The notes beneath the pieces are model-generated. The model was given only the letters and a program-made list of their open reading frames with translations. It ran no database searches and was not told the origin of the DNA. A DNA stretch of 64,000 nt from the human T2T-CHM13v2.0 reference genome, Homo sapiens: assembly GCF_009914755.1 (NCBI RefSeq), contig NC_060943.1; one strand, 5' to 3'. Below, in pieces: positions 1-11,605 of this stretch (positions within the stretch are counted from its first letter, which is position 1; each line of letters starts with the position of its first letter). Both the position numbers and the translations under genes were made by a program.

Positions 1-34
1 AGTCTGCAAGTGGATATTCAGACATCCTTGAGGC

Positions 35-51
35 TTTCGTTGGAAACGGGA
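35..51 (+). promoter_or_regulatory. CENP-B box (first of 189 positions, one per 340 bp; last at 63942-63958)
   Basis: TTTCGTTGGAAACGGGA matches the consensus YTTCGTTGGAARCGGGA. Three common alleles occur in the array (TTTCG..AAAC, CTTCG..AAAC, CTTCG..AAGC), all retaining the core NTTCGNNNNANNCGGGN. Confidence 0.97.
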
Positions 52-76
52 TTTCTTCATATTCTGCTAGAAAGAA

Positions 77-416
77 GAATTCTCAGTAACTTCCTTGTGT
101 TGTGTGTATTCAACTCACAGAGTTGAACGATCCTTTACACAGAGCAGACTTGAAACACTCCTTTTGTGGAATTTGCAAGTGGAGGTTTCAGCCGCTTTGA
201 GGTCAATGGTAGAATAGGAAATATCTTCCTATAGAAACTAGACAGAATGATTCTCAGAAACTCCTTTGTGATGTGTGCGTTCAACTCACAGAGTTTAACC
301 TTTCTTTTCATAGAGCAGTTAGGAAACACTCTGTTTGTAAAGTCTGCAAGTGGATATTCAGACATCCTTGAGGCTTTCGTTGGAAACGGGATTTCTTCAT
401 ATTCTGCTAGAAAGAA
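77..416 (+). repeat. Representative 340-bp EcoRI dimer unit (one A-type/pJalpha-position monomer plus one B-type/CENP-B-box monomer)
   Basis: GAATTC at 77 and the next at 417. Box-equivalent positions are 35, 204 and 375, giving 169+171 bp spacing. Confidence 0.95.
204..220 (-). promoter_or_regulatory. Degenerate pJalpha (A-box) site at the position homologous to the CENP-B box in the alternate monomer; repeated every 340 bp
   Basis: CAATGGTAGAATAGGAA, reverse complement TTCCTATTCTACCATTG, resembles the pJalpha consensus TTCCTTTTYCACCRTAG with several mismatches. It lies 169 bp from the CENP-B box. Confidence 0.6.
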
Positions 417-3400
417 GAATTCTCAGTAACTTCCTTGTGTTGTGTGTATTCAACTCACAGAGTTGCACGATCCTTTACACAGAGCAGACTTGAAACACTC
501 TTTTTGTGGAATTTGCAAGTGGTGATTTCAGCCGCTTTGAGGTCAATGGTAGAATAGGAAATATCTTCCTATAGAAACTAGACAGAATGATTCTCAGAAA
601 CTCCTTTGTGATGTGTGCGTTCAACTCACAGAGTTCAACCTTTCTTTTCATAGAGCAGTTGGGAAACACTCTGTTTGTAAAGTCTGCAAGTGGATATTCA
701 GACTTCTTTGAGGCCTTCGTTGGAAGCGGGATTTCTTCATATTCTGCTAGACAGAAGAATTCTCAGTAACTTCCTTGTGTTGTGTGTATTCAACTCACAG
801 AGTTGAACGATCCTTTACACAGAGCAGACTTGAAACACTCTTTTTGTGGAATTTGCAAGTGGAGATTTCAGCCGCTTTGAGGTCAATGGTAGAATAGGAA
901 ATATCTTCCTATAGAAACTAGACAGAATGATTCTCAGAAACTCCTTTGTGATGTGTGCGTTCAACTCACAGAGTTTAACCTTTCTTTTCATAGAGCAGTT
1001 AGGAAACACTCTGTTTGTAAAGTCTGCAAGTGGATATTCAGACATCCTTGAGGCTTTCGTTGGAAACGGGATTTCTTCATATTCTGCTAGAAAGAAGAAT
1101 TCTCAGTAACTTCCTTGTGTTGTGTGTATTCAACTCACAGAGTTGAACGATCCTTTACACAGAGCAGACTTGAAACACTCCTTTTGTGGAATTTGCAAGT
1201 GGAGATTTCAGCCGCTTTGAGGTCAAAGGTAGAATAGGAAATATCTTCCTATAGAAACTAGACAGAATGATTCTCAGAAACTCCTTTGTGATGTGTGCGT
1301 TCAACTCACAGAGTTTAACCTTTCTTTTCATAGAGCAGTTGGGAAACACTCTGTTTGTAAAGTCTGCAAGTGGATATTCAGACTTCTTTGAGGCTTTCGT
1401 TGGAAACGGGATTTCTTCATATTCTGCTAGAAAGAAGAATTCTCAGTAACTTCCTTGTGTTGTGTGTATTCAACTCACAGAGTTGCACGATCCTTTACAC
1501 AGAGCAGACTTGAAACACTCTTTTTGTGGAATTTGCAAGTGGAGATTTCAGCCGCTTTGAGGTCAATGGTAGAATAGGAAATATCTTCCTATAGAAACTA
1601 GACAGAATGATTCTCAGAAACTCCTTTGTGATGTGTGTGTTCAACTCACAGAGTTCAACCTTTCTTTTCATTGAGCAGTTGGGAAACACTCTGTTTGTAA
1701 AGTCTGCAAGTGGATATTCAGACTTCTTTGAGGCCTTCGTTGGAAGCGGGATTTCTTCATATTCTGCTAGACAGAAGAATTCTCAGTAACTGCCTTGTGT
1801 TGTGTGTATTCAACTCACAGAGTTGAACGATCCTTTACACAGAGCAGACTTGAAACACTCTTTTTGTGGAATTTGCAAGTGGAGATTTCAGCCGCTTTGA
1901 GGTCAATGGTAGAATAGGAAATATCTTCCTATAGAAACTAGACAGAATGATTCTCAGAAACTCCTTTGTGATGTGTGCGTTCAACTCACAGAGTTTACCC
2001 TTTCTTTTCATAGAGCAGTTAGGAAACACTCTGTTTGTAAAGTCTGCAAGTGGATATTCAGACATCCTTGAGGCTTTCGTTGGAAACGGGATTTCTTCAT
2101 ATTCTGCCAGAAAGAAGAATTCTCAGTAACTTCCTTGTGTTGTGTGTATTCAACTCACAGAGTTGAACGATCCTTTACACAGAGCAGACTTGAAACACTC
2201 TTTTTGTGGAATTTGCAAGTGGAGATTTCAGCCGCTGTGAGGTCAATGGTAGAATAGGAAATATCTTCCTATAGAAACTAGACAGAATGATTCTCAGAAA
2301 CTCCTTTGTGATGTGTGCGTTCAACTCACAGAGTTTAACCTTTCTTTTCATAGAGCAGTTGGGAAACACTCTGTTTGTAAAGTCTGCAAGTGGATATTCA
2401 GACATCCTTGAGGCTTTCGTTGGAAACGGGATTTCTTCATATTCTGCTAGAAAGAAGAATTCTCAGTAACTTCCTTGTGTTGTGTGTATTCAACTCACAG
2501 AGTTGAACGATCCTTTACACAGAGCAGACTTGAAACACTCTTTTTGTGGAATTTGCAAGTGGAGATTTCAGCCGCTTTGAGTTCAATGGTAGAATAGGAA
2601 ATATCTTCCTATAGAAACTAGACAGAATGATTCTCAGAAACTCCTTTGTGATGTGTGCGTTCAACTCACAGAGTTCAACCTTTCTTTTCATAGAGCAGTT
2701 GGGAAACACTCTGTTTGTAAAGTCTGCAAGTGGATATTCAGACTTCTTTGAGGCCTTCGTTGGAAGCGGGATTTCTTCATGTTCTGCTAGACAGAAGAAT
2801 TCTCAGAAACTTCCTTGTGTTGTGTGTTTTCAACTCACAGAGTTGAACGATCCTTTACACAGAGCAGACTTGAAACACTCCTTTTGTGGAATTTGCAAGT
2901 GGAGATTTCAGCCGCTTTGAGGTCAATGGTAGAATAGGAAATATCTTCCTATAGAAAGTAGACAGAATGATTCTCAGAAACTCCTTTGTGATGTGTGCGT
3001 TCAACTCACAGAGTTTAACCTTTCTTTTCATAGAGCAGTTAGGAAACACTCTGTTTGTAAAGTCTGCAAGTGGATATTCAGACTTCCTTGAGGCCTTCGT
3101 TGGAAACGGGATTTCTTCATATTCTGCTAGACAGAAGAATTCTCAGTAACTTCCTTGTGTTGTGTGTATTCAACTCACAGAGTTGAACGATCCTTTACAC
3201 AGAGCAGACTTGAAACACTCTTTTTGTGGAATTTGCAAGTGGAGATTTCAGCCGCTGTGAGTTCAATGGTAGAATAGGAAATATCTTCCTATAGAAACTA
3301 GACAGAATGATTCTCAGAAACTCCTTTGTGATGTGTGCCTTCAACTCACAGAGTTCAACCTTTCTTTTCATAGAGCAGTTGGGAAACACTCTGTTTGTAA

Positions 3401-6400
3401 AGTCTGCAAGTGGATATTCAGACTTTGAGGCCTTCGTTGGAAGCGGGATTTCTTCATATTCTGCTAGACAGAAGAATTCTCAGTAACTGCCTTGTGTTGT
3501 GTGTATTCAACTCACAGAGTTGAACGATCCTTTACACAGAGCAGACTTGAAACACTCTTTTTGTGGAATTTGCAAGTGGAGATTTCAGCCGCTTTGAGGT
3601 CAATGGTAGAATAGGAAATATCTTCCTATAGAAACTAGACAGAATGATTCTCAGAAACTCCTTTGTGATGTGTGCGTTCAACTCACAGAGTTAAACCTTT
3701 CTTTTCATAGAGCAGTTAGGAAACACTCTGTTTGTAAAGTCTGCAAGTGGATATTCAGACATCCTTGAGGCTTTCGTTGGAAACGGGATTTCTTCATATT
3801 CTGCTAGAAAGAAGAATTCTCAGTAACTTCCTTGTGTTGTGTGTATTCAACTCACAGAGTTGAACGATCCTTTACACAGAGCAGACTTGAAACACTCCTT
3901 TTGTGGAATTTGCAAGTGGAGGTTTCAGCCGCTTTGAGGTCAATGGTAGAATAGGAAATATCTTCCTATAGAAACTAGACAGAATGATTCTCAGAAACTC
4001 CTTTGTGATGTGTGCGTTCAACTCACAGAGTTTAACCTTTCTTTTCATAGAGCAGTTAGGAAACACTCTGTTTGTAAAGTCTGCAAGTGGATATTCAGAC
4101 ATCCTTGAGGCTTTCGTTGGAAACGGGATTTCTTCATATTCTGCTAGAAAGAAGAATTCTCAGTAACTTCCTTGTGTTGTGTGTATTCAACTCACAGAGT
4201 TGCACGATCCTTTACACAGAGCAGACTTGAAACACTCTTTTTGTGGAATTTGCAAGTGGTGATTTCAGCCGCTTTGAGGTCAATGGTAGAATAGGAAATA
4301 TCTTCCTATAGAAACTAGACAGAATGATTCTCAGAAACTCCTTTGTGATGTGTGCGTTCAACTCACAGAGTTCAACCTTTCTTTTCATAGAGCAGTTGGG
4401 AAACACTCTGTTTGTAAAGTCTGCAAGTGGATATTCAGACTTCTTTGAGGCCTTCGTTGGAAGCGGGATTTCTTCATATTCTGCTAGACAGAAGAATTCT
4501 CAGAAACTTCCTTGTGTTGTGTGTTTTCAACTCACAGAGTTGAACGATCCTTTACACAGAGCAGACTTGAAACACTCCTTTTGTGGAATTTGCAAGTGGA
4601 GATTTCAGCCGCTTTGAGGTCAATGGTAGAATAGGAAATATCTTCCTATAGAAAGTAGACAGAATGATTCTCAGAAACTCCTTTGTGATGTGTGCGTTCA
4701 ACTCACAGAGTTTAACCTTTCTTTTCATAGAGCAGTTAGGAAACACTCTGTTTGTAAAGTCTGCAAGTGGATATTCAGACCTCCTTGAGGCCTTCGTTGG
4801 AAACGGGATTTCTTCATATTCTGCTAGACAGAAGAATTCTCAGTAACTTCCTTGTGTTGTGTGTATTCAACTCACAGAGTTGAACGATCCTTTACACAGA
4901 GCAGACTTGAAACACTCTTTTTGTGGAATTTGCAAGTGGAGATTTCAGCCGCTTTGAGGTCAATGGTAGAATAGGAAATATCTTCCTATAGAAACTAGAC
5001 AGAATGATTCTCAGAAACTCCTTTGTGATGTGTGCGTTCAACTCACAGAGTTTAACCTTTCTTTTCATAGAGCAGTTAGGAAACACTCTGTTTGTAAAGT
5101 CTGCAAGTGGATATTCAGACATCCTTGAGGCTTTCGTTGGAAACGGGATTTCTTCATATTCTGCTAGAAAGAAGAATTCTCAGTAACTTCCTTGTGTTGT
5201 GTGTATTCAACTCACAGAGTTGAACGATCCTTTACACAGAGCAGACTTGAAACACTCTTTTTGTGGAATTTGCAAGTGGAGATTTCAGCCGCTTTGAGTT
5301 CAATGGTAGAATAGGAAATATCTTCCTATAGAAACTAGACAGAATGATTCTCAGAAACTCCTTTGTGATGTGTGCGTTCAACTCACAGAGTTCAACCTTT
5401 CTTTTCATAGAGCAGTTGGGAAACACTCTGTTTGTAAAGTCTGTAAGTGGATATTCAGACTTCTTTGAGGCCTTCGTTGGAAGCGGGGTTTCTTCATATT
5501 CTGCTAGACAGAAGAATTCTCAGAAACTTCCTTGTGTTGTGTGTTTTCAACTCACAGAGTTGAACGATCCTTTACACAGAGCAGACTTGAAACACTCCTT
5601 TTGTGGAATTTGCAAGTGGAGATTTCAGCCGCTTTGAGGTCAATGGTAGAATAGGAAATATCTTCCTATAGAAAGTAGACAGAATGATTCTCAGAAACTC
5701 CTTTGTGATGTGTGCGTTCAACTCACAGAGTTTAACCTTTCTTTTCATAGAGCAGTTAGGAAACACTCTGTTTGTAAAGTCTGCAAGTGGATATTCAGAC
5801 CTCCTTGAGGCCTTCGTTGGAAACGGGATTTCTTCATATTCTGCTAGACAGAAGAATTCTCAGTAACTTCCTTGTGTTGTGTGTATTCAACTCACAGAGT
5901 TGAACGATCCTTTACACAGAGCAGACTTGAAACACTCTTTTTGTGGAATTTGCAAGTGGAGATTTCAGCCGCTTTGAGGTCAATGGTAGAATAGGAAATA
6001 TCTTCCTATAGAAACTAGACAGAATGATTCTCAGAAACTCCTTTGTGATGTGTGCGTTCAACTCACAGAGTTTAACATTTCTTTTCATAGAGCAGTTAGG
6101 AAACACTCTGTTTGTAAAGTCTGCAAGTGGATATTCAGACATCCTTGAGGCTTTCGTTGGAAACGGGATTTCTTCATATTCTGCTAGAAAGAAGAATTCT
6201 CAGTAACTTCCTTGTGTTGTGTGTATTCAACTCACAGAGTTGAACGATCCTTTACACAGAGCAGACTTGAAACACTCCTTTTGTGGAATTTGCAAGTGGA
6301 GATTTCAGCCGCTTTGAGGTCAATGGTAGAATAGGAAATATCTTCCTATAGAAACTAGACAGAATGATTCTCAGAAACTCCTTTGTGATGTGTGCGTTCA

Positions 6401-8359
6401 ACTCACAGAGTTTAACCTTTCTTTTCATAGAGCAGTTGGGAAACACTCTGTTTGTAAAGTCTGCAAGTGGATATTCAGACATCCTTGAGGCTTTCGTTGG
6501 AAACGGGATTTCTTCATATTCTGCTAGAAAGAAGAATTCTCAGTAACTTCCTTGTGTTGTGTGTATTCAACTCACAGAGTTGAACGATCCTTTACACAGA
6601 GCAGACTTGAAACACTCTTTTTGTGGAATTTGCAAGTGGAGATTTCAGCCGCTTTGAGGTCAATGGTAGAATAGGAAATATCTTCCTATAGAAACTAGAC
6701 AGAATGATTCTCAGAAACTCCTTTGTGATGTGTGCGTTCAACTCACACAGTTTAACCTTTCTTTTCATAGAGCAGTTAGGAAACACTCTGTTTGTAAAGT
6801 CTGCAAGTGGATATTCAGACCTCCTTGAGGCCTTCGTTGGAAACGGGATTTCTTCATATTATGCTAGACAGAAGAATTCTCAGTAACTTCCTTGTGTTGT
6901 GTGTATTCAACTCACAGAGTTGAACGATCCTTTACACAGAGCAGACTTGAAACACTCTTTTTGTGGAATTTGCAAGTGGAGATTTCAGCCGCTTTGAGTT
7001 CAATGGTAGAATAGGAAATATCTTCCTATAGAAACTAGACAGAATGATTCTCAGAAACTCCTTTGTGATGTGTGCGTTCAACTCACAGAGTTCAACCTTT
7101 CTTTTCATAGAGCAGTTGGGAAACACTCTGTTTGTAAAGTCTGCAAGTGGATATTCAGACTTCTTTGAGGCCTTCGTTGGAAGCGGGATTTCTTCATATT
7201 CTGCTAGACAGAAGAATTCTCAGAAACTTCCTTGTGTTGTGTGTTTTCAACTCACAGAGTTGAACGATCCTTTACACAGAGCAGACTTGAAACACTCCTT
7301 TTGTGGAATTTGCAAGTGGAGATTTCAGCCGCTTTGAGGTCAATGGTAGAATAGGAAATATCTTCCTATAGAAACTAGACAGAATGATTCTCAGAAACTC
7401 CTTTGTGATGTGTGCGTTCAACTCACAGAGTTCAACCTTTCTTTTCATAGAGCAGTTGTGAAACACTCTGTTTGTAAAGTCTGCAAGTGGATATTCAGAC
7501 TTCTTTGAGGCCTTCGTTGGAAGCGGGTTTTCTTCATATTCTGCTAGACAGAAGAATTCTCAGTAACTGCCTTGTGTTGTGTGTATTCAACTCACAGAGT
7601 TGAACGATCCTTTACACAGAGCAGACTTGAAACACTCTTTTTGTGGAATTTGCAAGTGGAGATTTCAGCCGCTTTGAGGTCAATGGTAGAATAGGAAATA
7701 TCTTCCTATAGAAACTAGACAGAATGATTCTCAGAAACTCCTTTGTGATGTGTGCATTCAACTCACAGAGTTTACCCTTTCTTTTCATAGAGCAGTTAGG
7801 AAACACTCTGTTTGTAAAGTCTGCAAGTGGATATTCAGACATCCTTGAGGCTTTCGTTGGAAACGGGATTTCTTCATATTCTGCCAGAAAGAAGAATTCT
7901 CAGTAACTTCCTTGTGTTGTGTGTATTCAACTCACAGAGTTGAACGATCCTTTACACAGAGCAGACTTGAAACACTCTTTTTGTGGAATTTGCAAGTGGA
8001 GATTTCAGCCGCTTTGAGGTCAACGGTAGAATAGGAAATATCTTCCTATAGAAACTAGACAGAATGATTATCAGAAACTCCTTTGTGATGTGTGCGTTCA
8101 ACTCACAGAGTTTAAACTTTCTTTTCATAGAGCAGTTAGGAAACACTCTGTTTGTACAGTCTGCAAGTGGATATTCAGACATCCTTGAGGCTTTCGTTGG
8201 AAACGGGATTTCTTCATATTCTGCTAGAAAGAAGAATTCTCAGTAACTTCCTTGTGTTGTGTGTATTCAACTCACAGAGTTGAACGATCCTTTACACAGA
8301 GCAGACTTGAAACACTCTTTTTGTGGAATTTGCAAGTGGAGATTTCAGCCGCTGTGAGG

Positions 8360-11300
8360 TCAATGGTAGAATAGGAAATATCTTCCTATAGAAACTAGAC
8401 AGAATGATTCTCAGAAACTCCTTTGTGATGTGTGCGTTCAACTCACAGAGTTCAACCTTTCTTTTCATAGAGCAGTTGGGAAACACTCTGTTTGTAAAGT
8501 CTGCAAGTGGATATTCAGACTTCTTTGAGGCCTTCGTTGGAAGCGGGATTTCTTCATATTCTGCTAGACAGAAGAATTCTCAGAAACTTCCTTGTGTTGT
8601 GTGTTTTCAACTCACAGAGTTGAACGATCCTTTACACAGAGCAGACTTGAAACACTCCTTTTGTGGAATTTGCAAGTGGAGATTTCAGCCGCTTTGAGGT
8701 CAATGGTAGAATAGGAAATATCTTCCTATAGAAAGTAGACAGAATGATTCTCAGAAACTCCTTTGTGATGTGTGCGTTCAACTCACAGAGTTTAACCTTT
8801 CTTTTCATAGAGCAGTTAGGAAACACTCTGTTTGTAAAGTCTGCAAGTGGATATTCAGACCTCCTTGAGGCCTTCGTTGGAAACGTGATTTCTTCATATT
8901 CTGCTAGACAGAAGAATTCTCAGTAACTTCCTTGTGTTGTGTGTATTCAACTCACAGAGTTGAACGATCCTTTACACAGAGCAGACTTGAAACACTCTTT
9001 TTGTGGAATTTGCAAGTGGAGATTTCAGCCGCTTTGAGGTCAATGGTAGAATAGGAAATATCTTCCTATAGAAACTAGACAGAATGATTCTCAGAAACTC
9101 CTTTGTGATGTGTGCGTTCAACTCACAGAGTTTAACCTTTCTTTTCATAGAGCAGTTAGGAAACACTCTGTTTGTAAAGTCTGCAAGTGGATATTCAGAC
9201 ATCCTTGAGGCTTTCGTTGGAAACGGGATTTCTTCATATTCTGCTAGAAAGAAGAATTCTCAGTAACTTCCTTGTGTTGTGTGTATTCAACTCACAGAGT
9301 TGAACGATCCTTTACACAGAGCAGACTTGAAACACTCCTTTTGTGGAATTTGCAAGTGGAGATTTCAGCCGCTTTGAGGTCAATGGTAGAATAGGAAATA
9401 TCTTCCTATAGAAACTAGACAGAATGATTCTCAGAAACTCCTTTGTGATGTGTGCGTTCAACTCACAGAGTTTAACCTTTCTTTTCATAGAGCAGTTGGG
9501 AAACACTCTGTTTGTAAAGTCTGCAAGTGGATATTCAGACATCCTTGAGGCTTTCGTTGGAAACGGGATTTCTTCATATTATGCTAGACAGAAGAATTCT
9601 CAGTAACTTCCTTGTGTTGTGTGTATTCAACTCACAGAGTTGAACGATCCTTTACACTGAGCAGACTTGAAACACTCTTTTTGTGGAATTTGCAAGTGGA
9701 GATTTCAGCCGCTTTGAGTTCAATGGTAGAATAGGAAATATCTTCCTATAGAAACTAGACAGAATGATTCTCAGAAACTCCTTTGTGATGTGTGCGTTCA
9801 ACTCACAGAGTTCAACCTTTCTTTTCATAGAGCAGTTGGGAAACACTCTGTTTGTAAAGTCTGCAAGTGGATATTCAGACTTCTTTGAGGCCTTCGTTGG
9901 AAGCGGGATTTCTTCATATTCTGCTAGACAGAAGAATTCTCAGAAACTTCCTTGTGTTGTGTGTTTTCAACTCACAGAGTTGAACGATCCTTTACACAGA
10001 GCAGACTTGAAACACTCCTTTTGTGGAATTTGCAAGTGGAGATTTCAGCCGCTTTGAGGTCAATGGTAGAATAGGAAATATCTTCCTATAGAAAGTAGAC
10101 AGAATGATTCTCAGAAACTCCTTTGTGATGTGTGCGTTCAACTCACAGAGTTTAACCTTTCTTTTCATAGAGCAGTTAGGAAACACTCTGTTTGTAAAGT
10201 CTGCAAGTGGATATTCAGACCTCCTTGAGGCCTTCGTTGGAAACGTGATTTCTTCATATTCTGCTAGACAGAAGAATTCTCAGTAACTTCCTTGTGTTGT
10301 GTGTATTCAACTCACAGAGTTGAACGATCCTTTACACAGAGCAGACTTGAAACACTCTTTTTGTGGAATTTGCAAGTGGAGATTTCAGCCGCTTTGAGGT
10401 CAATGGTAGAATAGGAAATATCTTCCTATAGAAACTAGACAGAATGATTCTCAGAAACTCCTTTGTGATGTGTGCGTTCAACTCACAGAGTTTAACCTTT
10501 CTTTTCATAGAGCAGTTAGGAAACACTCTGTTTGTAAAGTCTGCAAGTGGATATTCAGACATCCTTGAGGCTTTCGTTGGAAACGGGATTTCTTCATATT
10601 CTGCTAGAAAGAAGAATTCTCAGTAACTTCCTTGTGTTGTGTGTATTCAACTCACAGAGTTGAACGATCCTTTACACAGAGCAGACTTGAAACACTCCTT
10701 TTGTGGAATTTGCAAGTGGAGATTTCAGCCGCTTTGAGGTCAATGGTAGAATAGGAAATATCTTCCTATAGAAACTAGACAGAATGATTCTCAGAAACTC
10801 CTTTGTGATGTGTGCGTTCAACTCACAGAGTTTAACCTTTCTTTTCATAGAGCAGTTGGGAAACACTCTGTTTGTAAAGTCTGCAAGTGGATATTCAGAC
10901 ATCCTTGAGGCTTTCGTTGGAAACGGGATTTCTTCATATTATGCTAGACAGAAGAATTCTCAGTAACTTCCTTGTGTTGTGTGTATTCAACTCACAGAGT
11001 TGAACGATCCTTTACACTGAGCAGACTTGAAACACTCTTTTTGTGGAATTTGCAAGTGGAGATTTCAGCCGCTTTGAGTTCAATGGTAGAATAGGAAATA
11101 TCTTCCTATAGAAACTAGACAGAATGATTCTCAGAAACTCCTTTGTGATGTGTGCGTTCAACTCACAGAGTTCAACCTTTCTTTTCATAGAGCAGTTGGG
11201 AAACACTCTGTTTGTAAAGTCTGCAAGTGGATATTCAGACTTCTTTGAGGCCTTCGTTGGAAGCGGGATTTCTTCATATTCTGCTAGACAGAAGAATTCT

Positions 11301-11605
11301 CAGAAACTTCCTTGTGTTGTGTGTTTTCAACTCACAGAGTTGAACGATCCTTTACACAGAGCAGACTTGAAACACTCCTTTTGTGGAATTTGCAAGTGGA
11401 GATTTCAGCCGCTTTGAGGTCAATGGTAGAATAGGAAATATCTTCCTATAGAAAGTAGACAGAATGATTCTCAGAAACTCCTTTGTGATGTGTGCGTTCA
11501 ACTCACAGAGTTTAACCTTTCTTTTCATAGAGCAGTTAGGAAACACTCTGTTTGTAAAGTCTGCAAGTGGATATTCAGACCTCCTTGAGGCCTTCGTTGG
11601 AAACG
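8360..11605. repeat. Local tandem duplication, period 1360 bp (4 dimers), ~2.4 copies
   Basis: Private variants recur at exactly +1360: AAACGTGA at 8886/10246 and TTTACACTGA at 9658/11018. Confidence 0.9.

Noticed and set aside
109-232. Hairpins as rho-independent terminators or structured ncRNA genes
   Set aside because: This is eukaryotic satellite with short AT-rich stems, no following U-tract and no transcription unit. They are kept only as DNA dyads.
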